Shown: piece by piece, positions 36,701 through 48,300 of the stretch
Layout: each line of letters begins with the position of its first letter
How positions within the stretch are numbered: position 1 is the first letter of the stretch
Notes under the pieces: generated by a model
The model's input: the letters and a program-made list of their open reading frames with translations, nothing else
What the model was told of the DNA's origin: nothing
Databases searched by the model: none
Assembly (NCBI GenBank): GCA_965112735.1
Contig: OZ218950.1
Span: 124,001-188,000 of the forward strand
Direction of reading: 5' to 3'
DNA: 64,000 bases
Source of the DNA: Phaeosaccion multiseriatum
Taxonomy: Eukaryota > Protista > Ochrophyta, other classes
Program-made: the position numbers and the translations under genes

Positions 36701-38366
36701 ACACTACCTTCCTTACCTGGGGGGTGCTTCGCTCTCGCAAGACAGCCCGTGATGAGGGCATTGTAGCAGTGCACGTTGGGGGCTGAACAAGGGGGAGGGG
36801 CACATTCGGGTGCGAGGGATAGTGGTGAGGAAAGGGGCCAAGGCAACACCCGAAGGAGCAAGCGTCGCGCAATTCTCTCTCCCGCTCTGCTTCTCTCCCC
36901 CCCCCCCCTCCCCCTTTCTCCCCTCCCTCCTCTCTTGCCCCTCCCTCCCTCCCTCCCTCCCTCTCTCTCTCTCACCGATGCCCTCCGTCCTGAAGAGGTC
37001 CTCAATGAGGCTGTACTGCGATGCCTTGGCCATCTCCGACAGAATGGCCGTGAACGTAATGTCGTTGGGGGCAATGTCCATTACGCGCATCTGAACAGCA
37101 CATAACGGGGGTTAACGGTTAGGGGGGGGGGTGTTAGGCAGGCCTGTCCTCGTTGCCCTCACTGCCCTCTTCCTCCCTCCAGTCGTCCTCTTTCTAATCC
37201 ACAGCCTGCGGTGGTGTCTACCGTTTGCTCTCGCGCAGGAAACGCACCCTCACACCCTCACACCTCACCTGATGCAAGATTTGCGCCACCATGAACCATC
37301 TCCGCGCCTTGGCCGCAGCGTGGGCAATGTTGGTCATGCCCACCACGCTGGGGGGCATGCCGTGCCTGCAGGCCGTGTCAAGCACCCGCTGCAGCAGCGG
37401 CATGTCCAGGTGTCGGGCACAGGCGATGCCCATGCCGCTGAAGTGAGAGGGCGTGATGCGGGTGGGCTGTGAGAGAGCGGCGAGGACGGTCTCGCGCACC
37501 TGGGCAGAGTCAAGGTGCCACTTGGTGATGCCGCCGAGTCGCTCTTCGGGGTACGGGGGGGGTGAGGGTGGGGCAGCCGCAGGGTGCTGTATCACCAACT
37601 GCTGGTGCTGCAGGAGCTGCTGCTCCTGCACACCCTCCTTGCCGACCTGCTGTTGCTGCTGCGGCTGCTGCGGCTGTATCACCAACTGCGGCTGCTGCTG
37701 GTGCTGCCCTGAGGCGGGTCGAGCTCGCCTCTTGCAAGGCGTTGCAGGGCCTGTGGCTGCCGCCGCCACCGTTGCTGCAGCTGCTGCTGTTGCTGCTGAA
37801 AGCGACGATGGAGATGACGGCGACGACGATGACGATGACGAGGAGGGGGAACGTGAGGGGGACGGGGACAATGGGGTTGCCGCCGCTCCCTTCTCCTCGG
37901 CCAAGACTCCTTGCACCCGTTGCGGTGCGCGCATGGGCAAGGGTGCCGGTGTAGCTGCTGTGGCCGTGGTGGTGGTGTCTGCGACGCTGCCTCCCGCACT
38001 GGCTTGCATTCCCGTCTGCTGCTGCTCCTCCCGCCGCCGCCTCATCCCCGCTGACCTCGTGCCAACCCCTGGTAGTCGCCCTGCTGGCGCCCCGTCTACT
38101 GCTGCCACGGCTCTACAGCCGCAGCCAGGCACGCCCTCCCCTCCCCTACCACCCATGCTTCTACTGCTGCTGCTACGGCTACCAAAAGCGCTGCTCTTAC
38201 TGCAGGTAACCGGCTTGGGCTGCATGAAAGCTTCACATGCGACGTTCCCCGTCGCCAACAAAGTCAGAAGCCTCCATCCCTGCTGCTGCTGTGCACGACT
38301 GCTGCTACCACCGGCCGGTCCAGCTTTCCTCCTTCCCTTGCTGCATTTCATACTTCTCCCCCGCAT
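32397..38366 (-). CDS. Pentatricopeptide-repeat (PPR) protein, multi-exon, probable organelle targeting
   Basis: PPR motifs across many exons: IAPNDITFTAILSEM, PNVHCYNALITGC, VAPDGMTYASLVSAC, SYNTAISAC, PDHITYHACLSAL, PSSFSYNSAISAL, RTYKTLLDACA. N-terminal hydrophobic stretch plus CEAF. Ends approximate. Confidence 0.85.
32780..33075. repeat. ~34-40 bp minisatellite x8 in a PPR intron
   Basis: Unit GAGATACATACAAACAGACA(GA)nAAGAAA. Confidence 0.9.
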
Positions 38367-38693
38367 AGCTCCTCTCTTCACACGGCCTCCAAGCCTCTAT
38401 ACTTGGTGCTCTTGTCCTTCAGGCCTCTGTGGATCACTGCCTCTCCTTCATTTCCAACCTCACGAGCGGCAATCCTCCTCCTGCTACTGCTGCAGCGTGC
38501 ACTTACTGTGCCACCACTGCCACCAAGAAGCAGGGCAAGAGATTGAGACGACAGAGAGAGAGAGAAGAGGAAGAGGCGCCAATGGATGGGGGGCAGGGCA
38601 AAATTCATGATAAAGTTGGACCCCCCGGGGTTGCCTCTGCATCTCCCTCCTCCTACAGCAATAAAGGAGAGAAGAGGGAGAGAGAGAGACAAG

Positions 38694-39781
38694 ATGGGGA
38701 TGCTTCATGCGACAAGAAGCAGCAGTAGCAGCCGCAGTAGTAGTAGAAGTAGCAGCAGCAACACCGGCAGATCTCCTGCTCCTCCTACTCTCTCTCTCTT
38801 GCTGCTAGTTGTACTTGCATTGGATTTGTGCAGTGTGCAGGCCTTCCTGCCGTCGGCAACAGTAGCGGGAGTGGGTGGTAGCAGCAAAAATAGGATCATC
38901 AGTAGCAGCAAGAGCAGCAGCAGCAGCAGCAGCAGACGGCGACCAAGAGAGAGTGGGGAGAGGTGTAGTAGCAGTAGGAGGACTTCGTCGCTCCAGTCCT
39001 CTCCCCACGAAGACGACGGGCTGGAGGAGCTGCCGGAGGTGCCAGCGTCCAAGGAGGACATGGACAAGAGCTTATCAAAAAGGTTCCTGCAGTTCTCGCC
39101 CAACAAGTGGAAGGGGCAGAAGCTCGAGCCGGGCTATGGAGGCGTGTGGCCGGGCAACCCCAACGCCAAGACATACAAGGTCAGGGGGGGGTGCGGTTGG
39201 TTGCCTGCCGGCCGGCGGCAGTGGTAGGCAATGCGGTGGGGATGGGCTGTGTCCATCTCTGGTAGCCAGGCTTCCCACCCTTGCCTTTTACCTTCCTACC
39301 AAAGCGAGGCCGATGAGGAATTTCATGTACCAAAGTCGTCTTGCTCCCCCTCTCTCTCGGACGGCACCTCACTCTCATCTCTTCCCCCCACCTTTCTCCT
39401 TCCCCCATCCTCAAGGTGACCGTAAAGAAGGACGGAGAAGTGGTGGAGACCATGGATGTGCCGCGCGACAGATACATTTTCTACGCCTTTGAGGACGCCG
39501 GGCAGCCCATCCCCTTCATCAACAAGCATCGCATGTGCAGGAACGGCTGCTGCACCACGTGCGCCGCCAGGGTCACAGAGGGGAAAGTCAAGATGGAGGC
39601 GGGCCTGGGCTTGCTCAGAGACCTCAAGAAGGAGGGATACACGCTGCTGTGCTGCTCTCTGCCACGCAGTGACATTACGGTGGAGCTGCAGGACGAGGAT
39701 GAGGTGTACAAGAAGCAATGGGGGGAGACCTTCGAGGGGGGGGGCGTGGAGTGGGGCGGCTTCCTGCCGGAGGACGACTAA
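38694..39781 (+). CDS. Plastid [2Fe-2S] ferredoxin, FdC2-like, 2 exons
   Basis: CRNGCCTTC...LLC cluster motif and acidic ELQDEDEVY C-terminal extension. Signal peptide plus QAFLP. Exons 38694-39179 and 39416-39781. Confidence 0.88.
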
Positions 39782-41012
39782 CTACGCCGAGGAGGAGGAG
39801 GAGGAGGAGGAGGAGGAGGAGGAGGACGTAGCCGAGGAGGAGGAGGAGGAGGACTTTAGCGAGGAGGGCCCTCACGCCCCTTTTGGGTGTAGGGCTTGGT
39901 CAAGAGGGCTTGGTCAAGAGGCCGCTTTCGGCACCGGTCATTCCTTTGCCAAGCAGAAGCAAGGGGGGGTTAGGCTTAGCCCCTCGTGCTCCGGGAGGTA
40001 GGCGACTGGAGGGAGATGTTGTTAGTTGTGACGTGACACATATGCTCACGGCACTCCAGATGCCCGTGCCTATGGCGGCCGTTACGCATGTATCGGCTAC
40101 TACGGCTCGATTGATGGATGGGTGTGGGGTGAGGGGTGAGCTCGCCCGGCGAGTCTGGCATTGGCGCCGTTGGACGCATCTGCTGGCTTGGAGCGGACGT
40201 GCTGTGACATGCTGTGTTCAAAATGTGAACCGTAGCCAGGTTCACGGCATGTACTGCTCCAACGAGCAGATGCGTATCAGCGGCGCTGATGCTGTGGACG
40301 TTCAGGCAGCAGCCTCGCCCACCCAAGTCCAAACTCGGAAACCTTGTCACTGACTTCCGTGAAGCGCTTCTGAGCTCTGACAGCTGCCAAGTTGTAGCTC
40401 GGGAGCATGTCGCACGGGATTCCCTGCAAGTGTTTGTGGGCTGTTAGGACTACATGTACGGGCCTGTGTACTGTACAGCCCGAGGTGGTGTGGTGTGGTG
40501 CGGCTGCGATGGCCTCTTGGGCGGACGGAAGTGAAGGGGATGGCAGTGGATGGAACGACATGTCTGGGAGAGTATCGCACACCGTGACAGTGGCGGTGCT
40601 GAGTCTTGGCAAGGCCTTTCAGTGTTTGTGCTAGAAGGAAGGAAGGAAGGAAGGAAGGAAGGAGGTGCGTCCGTGTTAGGTTTGACACACGTATTATACC
40701 TACCTACCTGGCTACCCACCTCATCTACCCAGCCTCCGTGGGACAACCCCCCCCCGCCCGGCCCGGCCTGGAGCTGCTAACGTTGGAAGAACGGAAGTAC
40801 ACGACGCACAGTCTGGGCTCTGCCTTGGACGTGAAACGGCACAACGCCGAGTGTGTTCTGTGTTTCTCCGACGGCAGCAGCTTGGGCCCGTTGGGAAAGC
40901 ATGCCAGCTGTTAGCTCTATAAAGTCTCTCTCTCTCTCTCTCGATGTGGCTCCATATTTGTGATTTAATTTAAGTTTTAGTATCTTACTTACAGAAGAGA
41001 TGTGTATGTCAC

Positions 41013-42268
41013 CTACCCCAGCATTTGGCTGCAGTGGGGGCACTGTATGTCTGCCGCTGACAAGCCTGTGGGCAGGAACAACACCTCCTGACACTTCAAG
41101 TTGCTACACCTCACAATTTTCGTGTGGTCCTCCTGCTTTTGACGGGCCAAAGCGGACTGCACATCGGCAGCGTCCGCCACGGCGCAGGCAGCCGCAGCAG
41201 CAGCAGTCACCGCATCTTCGCGCTCTCTCTCTCTTTCATCACTCCACCTCGTCGCTCTTTCATCACTCCACCTCGTCGCCTCACTCTCTCTCTCTCTTTC
41301 ATCACTCGTTTTTTTCCTCGTGGCCTCAATGGCCCCCCTCACTGCCGCGTCTTCGTCTTGGCGCGCTCTCTCCCTCTCCCTCTCACTCTCCCCCCTTCGT
41401 ATGGCCTCGCTCACTGCCTCCACCGCCGCTGCCTCCTCCGCCTGTTCCCTCGTGGCGTGAACCCTACTTGACACACTGCTTGACACACTGCTTGACTGCA
41501 ATTGCGTGGGGCTGGGCCTGTTTGGGGAGTTGAAGCCGCTCCATCGGAGGTCCGCTGCAGGGGATGCCAACAGGCGGTCTCCCACTGCTGCCGTATCACC
41601 AACTTCCCCTCCTCCTCCTCCTCCTCCAGCGCCAGCAGTCGAAGGCGGCCGCTGTTGCTGGAGCACCCCCTCAGGACTTCTCAAGAACCCCCCTGGGCCC
41701 CCAGTCAAGGCTTGACTACTGTGGGCGTCGTTGTGCCGTATCTGCCTTGCTTCCGAGGCGGGGAGGGGGGTGCGAAGGTGCCGATGCCCACGCTCACGCA
41801 CACGCACATTCAGCAGCGAAGCCAGCACACGTATCCGCCGTGCGCAGCGCGCCCCTTCCCATCCACTGCCATCCCCATCCCCTCCCCCTTGCCGATATGC
41901 CCGTCTGCAGAGCTCCAAGCAAGCCTCAAGTAAGAGACGCACGTGCCCTCCTCCTCCTCCTCCTCCTCCTCCTCCTCCTCCTCCTCCTCCTCCTCCTCCT
42001 TCTTCTTCTTCTTCTTCTTCTCCTCCTCCCTCCCCCTCGCCCCTCTCCTCCTCGCCCCCCTCGCTGCTGCCCGCCGCCAAGGTCCTCCCCAGCCCTCTTC
42101 GGACGGTATCTCTATCCCTCCGAGAGGCTCCCACCACACAGAGAACGCGTACAGCGGAGTCAGCGAGGGAGATGCCGATCGACTGCCATCGCTGGAGAGG
42201 AGCATCGCCGTTGTCTTCGCGTGCAAGTCCTGCCCTTCCTCCTCCTCCTCCTCCTCCTCCTCCTCCTC

Positions 42269-42306
<38 letters not shown>

Positions 42307-45300
42307 ATCTCTACTGCTCCAACTCCTGCTGCTTTGGCTAGCAAGTGCCCCACTGAGGCTAGCCCCCCGTCTCTCAGAAAAGCCTTCCTGCCCTCCCTTC
42401 CCTGCACCAGGCTCTCCATAATCGACAGCACAGCATAGGTGCCCTCAAAGGCTGAGGAGGAGCTTCCCGGAGGGGGAAGGAGGGCACCTTCTGCTGCGTT
42501 GTCCCAAATCCGAGCAAAGCAGTCCTGCAGCTGGCGAGAGAGAGCAGGAATGAGCCCCTGTGCAGGCGACAGAAGCGTCTCCAGAAGCACTCCTTGGCAG
42601 TTGGAATCCCCCGCCCCCCCTTCGTCGCCATCGATGTCATCGTCGTCAACACACCCCTCGGCGGCCCACAGCATGTGCTGCACACATGTCAGGGCGTAAA
42701 GTTGAAGCTCGCAGAAGGGGGCCTCCTGCTGTATCACCAACTGCTGCTGCTGTTTCCCTGTCAGAGTGGTCGCGGGAGTGCATAACACAAGCGCCAAGGC
42801 CTCCGCGATGAGGTGAATGACTTTCGCCCCTCCGTAGTCGCCATCTGTGGAGGCCATGCATGGCAGCGCCAGATAGCCGAGCAGCTCCACCCCTGCCCAC
42901 ACACAGCCCCTCTCCTCTTCGCTCAGCCTCACTATTGTATCACCAACTGCTGCTGCTGCTGATGATGATGATGATAATGATGAGCCCCGTAAGGCCGTGC
43001 GAAGAGCTCCGGAGGCCCTCTCGACGAGCCCGTGTAGACTCGCCACCCCTGCCTGCAGCTCGTCCAAAGAGGCAACAGCGGCCACCGTCTGCAGAGCCAG
43101 AGCCACCGTCTTCTGAAGAGCCGCCGCCCCACCGTTGTCCCTCCTCTCCAGCAGGGAGGGGGAGGGAGGCAGCAGGGCGACGACGCTCTCGAGTAGCCCC
43201 TCCTCCTTGGCCAAAGCGTGGAGCGAGCCGGAGGAGCGAGGAGAGGCCAGGGCTGCCAGAAGTGCCAGCACCATCACCACTTGGGGGCTGGCCGCTGCAT
43301 CACCAACTGCTCGTGTATCACCAGCTGCCGCTGTATTGCCAACTTTTGCTGCTGTATCACCAACTGCTGCTGCTGCTGTATCGTCAACAACTGCTGCTGT
43401 ATCGTCAACTTCCGCTGCTGTACCACCAACTTTTGCTGCCGTATCACCAACTGCTGCTGCTGCATCACCAACAGCTTCTGTATCACCAACTTGTGCTACG
43501 TCGTCGTCATCCTTTCCTCGTCTCTGGCCTCTCTGGCCCTGCTTCTCCTCCTCCACACGAGGGGGCCACTTGAGCAGCGCGTGCAGCGTCCGCAGCCCGC
43601 CGCCGGAGAGGATAGATGAAACGGCCCTTTCCGGCAGCACCGATACCAGGTTCTGGAGCAAGAGGAGGGCACAGAGGCAGCAGCCGCCTCCCCCCCCACC
43701 TCCCCTGCCGCCATCCCGCCGCGGAGCCCCTCCCTTCTCTGCTTGGCCATGCGGCTGGCAGTGCCTTGCCTCTGTGGTCTTGTCCTTGCTGTGTCTGTCC
43801 AGGAGCAGGAGCATCTGAGGCACCGCCCCACCTGCGGAGCAAACAGCAGCCAAGGCCAAGCAGTTGGTGATACAGGGACAAAGGCAGAGACAGGGACAGA
43901 GTGAGAGAGAGGGAGAGGAAGAAAGAGAGAGGGGGAAACAGAGAGAGAGAGAGAGAGAGAGAGAAACATGAGTAGAGCAGCACAGCAAGTGCAAAAACGT
44001 GAAGCGCAACCTCTCGGGCTTCGTTGGGATGGCACAACTCAGTCCCGTACACGCGGATTTACTGACTGACACCGATGACTTACTGACCCACTGACTCACT
44101 GACTCACTGACCTACTGACACCGACTCTGACAAAAAACACTGACCTTCGAACAGGCTCTCTGCGCAGGTGCTGTTCGTGCTCAGCCCCACCAGCAGCCCC
44201 AGCACCCCTCCCTCCTTGTCTCCGTCCTTCTCCCCCTCCTTTCCCTCCTTCTTCAGGGAGAGGGCTGACAGGGTTCTCAGCAGCTGCCCACTCACGCCCG
44301 CGACAAGTATACTCTCTCTTCCATCCAGAGGGTCGAGCCTGTCCACGTCCGGCCTGCTGTCGTCGTCTCCTTCCTCCTCTCCCTCCCCCGCCACGGCTGA
44401 GATGAGAGCGACGAGCAGCTCCATTGGCAGTGAAGAGGCGGGGGACGGATGGGAAGGGTGGGGAGGGGAAGTGGAAGGGGAAGTGGGAGGGGCCGAGCGG
44501 CGGCCACTCGGAGTGGCGAAAGTTGCCAACAGCTCAATCACTGCTCAAACAAGGAAGGCAGCAAAAGGGTGTCGTAGATGTGTTGAGGGAGAGCACCAGG
44601 ACAGAAGGAAGGAAGGAAGGGGGGAAGGGTATGGGAACAATTCACAGCAACAGAGCTACGTCAGTACTTGCTCACTCATTCACCTCCCTCCCTCCCTTCC
44701 TCCCTCCCTCCCTCCCTCCCTCCCTCCCTCCCTCCCTCCCTCCCTCCCTCCCTCCCTCCTTCACTCACTCACCGCACGTCCGTAGCCTGTTCTCCTGCAG
44801 CCTCAGTGCCAGTTTCCGTCCGCTGCCATCCCCGCACAGCTCGAGGAGCATTCCGCAGATCGTTCCTCGCACCTCCTCCACTTGCTGGTCCAATCCCTCT
44901 TCGCCCGCCCCCGTCCCTCCGGGGCCCAACGAAGCCCCTTCCCCACCTTTAGCCAAGGGGCCCGTCCCCACTCCTGTAGCCATGACCTTCACAAGGGCGG
45001 GCACCGTATCGCTCTCCCTTCTCAGCATGGCCTGCAGCCCCACACTCAAACTCAAACTGGAGGAGGTGGTGCTACTACTACACGTGTTGGTGGTTCGGCT
45101 GGAGCAGTCCAACAGGGCCCGCCAAGTGGCCAGCACGAGCGCGTTCTCCCTCAGAGTGGCGCGCATGTCGAAGGGTCTCGGAGGTAACTGCAGAAGCAAC
45201 TTGGCCAGCGCCGCCACACCCTCCTCCACCACGCCTACCTCCAACTCCTGCATCTCCTCCACTACCTCCCTCTCTCCTCCCCCCCATTCCCCTCCTCCTT

Positions 45301-48300
45301 CTCCTCCTCCTCCTCCTCCTCCTCCTCCTCCTCCTCCTCCTCCTCCTCCTCCTCCTCCTCCTCCCTCTGTCGGCGGTCGTCGCCATTGCTGCAAGATGGG
45401 CTGCAAGGCGTGACATACGTACAGCGGAGCCGCCCACCTCCTCTCCCTTCTGCTGCCTTCTTCTTGGGCGTTCTCCGACGAAGGTGCCGCCCTCCCCTCG
45501 GCCTCTGCCTCCGTCGCTGTTGCCCCTCTGTCCATGTCACTGAGGGTGGAGGATGGCAGTGGATGGAGTAAGCGTAGCAGCAGGAGAAGGTGGCTTCCGC
45601 CCCCCCTCCGCGTGCCCTTGAGGATGTGCAACACTGAGCATGAGGAGAAGCAGGAGGTGGTGCTGTCCTCGCCCTCTTGCTGTGCCGTCTCTCCCCCCCC
45701 CTTCCCCTCCTCCTCCTCCTCCTCCCACAGCGAAGCCTCGGCGACCACGAGCTGTCGCACTGCGACGAAGGCAGAGTCGCCGATGGCCGCACACAACGCA
45801 CTGGCGCTCCTCCTCTTCTTCCTCCTCTTCCTCGACAATGACAATGATGATGATGACGCGTCGCCTCCACTCCCGTCCCCATTTGCTTCGTCTTCGTTGT
45901 GTTGCGCAGCAGCAGAGGCTTGATAGCGGCGGTGCTCTTCAACCCTTGACGCGATGTCCAACAACGACGCTAGGCCTTGGTGAGTCTCGCTCTCGCTCTC
46001 CACCCCTCTCCCCCTCCCTCCCGCCATCGAGGCGCTAGAGGTCTTATTGAACGCACTGTATCCTCCTCCTCCACCACCACCACCACCACCTGGCGACGCA
46101 ATCTCGAGAGCCTCCATCACCGTCCGATCGAGGTTTGGGTCGCTGGACAGGAGCACAATGCACTCAATCGCCTTGCGGAGGACCAACAAGTGAACCTCAG
46201 ACTGACACGAGTCTGAGTCTTCATCTTCGTCTTCGGCATCGGCACCCAGCTCCACCCCATATGCCTCCACCGTTCCTCCTCCTCCTCCTCCTCCTCCTCC
46301 TCCTCTCCCCCCTCCCAAGTGGGCAGCAAAGTCGAAGTGGCGATGGTCCAGCACCTCCAGCAAGCAGCCAAGATCACCCGAGTGCAGCACCGGCTGTACG
46401 CACGGGGCGTGAGACGCGACTGCCTGGAGGGCCGCTAGGGCCTCAACGAGCAAGGCTTCTCTCAGCTCTGTCAGCGGACTGACGTGGGTGCGTGCGTCGT
46501 CGTCGTCCGCCGTCGTCGGCTTGGAAAATGCCGCTAGCGCGCGTCTGACCAGCGCCTGACAAGGAACACGGGTATTTGAAGGAGTACGGGTAGGCGAAGG
46601 AATACGGGTTGTTGGGTACACTCTGCCATTGCCTTCCCTCTCCTCCCCTCTCCTACCCTCCCCTTCCTCTGACGTACTGTACTACACCACGTACCGTGAG
46701 CATGAAGACGAGTCCTTCTCTAGTGAGCCTCACCGCCATCTCCTCGTCGCTGCACACATTCCTCACAATCTCCAGCGCCTGCAGTGTCGTGGCGAGTCTC
46801 ATCACTTCTCTCCGTTCCCTCTGCTGGCGCTCCTTCTGCCTCCTCCTCCGCCGGTCGTCGACATCTGTTGCGCCTGACGCCTTCCGTCCTGACACCAGGC
46901 CGCCCCCATCAGGTGCCATCGCTTCCTCTCCTTCCTCCTCCTCCTCCTCCTCCTCCTCCTCGCAGAGCAGCAGGTCCAGTATGTCAGCGAAGGAGGGATG
47001 GTCGGAGATGACGTGTCTGAGGGAGGGGTTACTCGACACCACAGAAAGGACCTTGAGGGCCGCGGGCACAATACACCGCCCTTGCTCCGACCCCGCCGCG
47101 TTATTGCTGCCGATGATACCCCCACCACCGCCGCCACTAGTGCTGCTGCTGCTGCTACTGCTGCTGCTGGTGCTGCTGCTACTACCACTGCTCAGCAGCA
47201 CCTCGCAAAGCTGCCCGATTCCCTTGGACACAACCTGTGTATGGCAAGGGAGGGATACACACATTACGTTTACATAACATTCCATTCCATTACACCAAGA
47301 AGGGGAGGGGTGGGAGAGAGGGGAGAGGGAGAGGAGAGGAGGCGGAGGGAGGTGGACGTTACAGAAAGAAGCAACACGCACAATTTCCACCCCCTCCCTC
47401 CCTCCCCCCATCCCCTCCCCTTACCCGCTGCTGGTCGCTGTCCCCGAGCTGCTCCACAAGAGCAGCGGCAAGGACCTCGAGGGCCAGCACCCTGGATGGC
47501 GCGTCGGACAGCGTCATGCCTGCTCGCTGGAAGGAGAGAAGGTCCGTTACCTTCTCCAAGAGACCCCTATCGAGCAGGAAGGGGATGGCCTCCCTGTCTC
47601 TCGTCATTGCCCACAGTACCCTCAGTCCAGCCCGACAAACCCCTGCCCCTTTCTCTCCGCTCAAGAGTGTCAGGACGAGTTCGGCCGTGCCCGCGTGGGC
47701 AAGAAGCCGTCCCGCCTTTTGAGTTAGAAAGGTTGTGTGACAAACGGTACGACCCCCACGCACGCACCCACGCAAAGGAGCAATGAAGGAGCCATGATCC
47801 ATATACATGCAGGGGCGTGGGATGGCAGTGGATGAGCGTGCAGAGAGAGGGAGCGGGGGAGGGAAGGAGGGTTCGTCAGAGTTCCCGCCAAGTCAAGTCC
47901 GGGAGGCAGCAGGGTCAATCACCAACTTGTCCATCACTCGTGTACTACCATTTGCCATTTGTGAGTCACATCTCACCTGGCGACTATCGTGCCCCACCGC
48001 CCTGGATGCAAAGAGTTCCCAGCCAGCCTGCGTGGTGCCACGGACGCTCCTCCTCGCCTCGTCCCACCCCACGCCTGCCCTTCCCCCTCTCTGTCCCCCC
48101 CCCCACGGACGGCTCGTCATCATGTCCACGCCCCCTTCGATGGGCGGAGCGCCGCACACACTCCCCACCGCCATCAATGCAGCAGCGAGGATCTCGGCCT
48201 CTTTCTCCTCCTCCTCCTCCTCCTGTATCACCAACTGCTGCTGCTGGCTTGACCCTCGCGTGTGAAGAAAGCCGACCACTCGACTGAAGAGCGACACACC

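Noticed and set aside
39883-40900. Possible degraded LRR/F-box-like gene
   Set aside because: Only faint fragments with many stops; cannot be supported.
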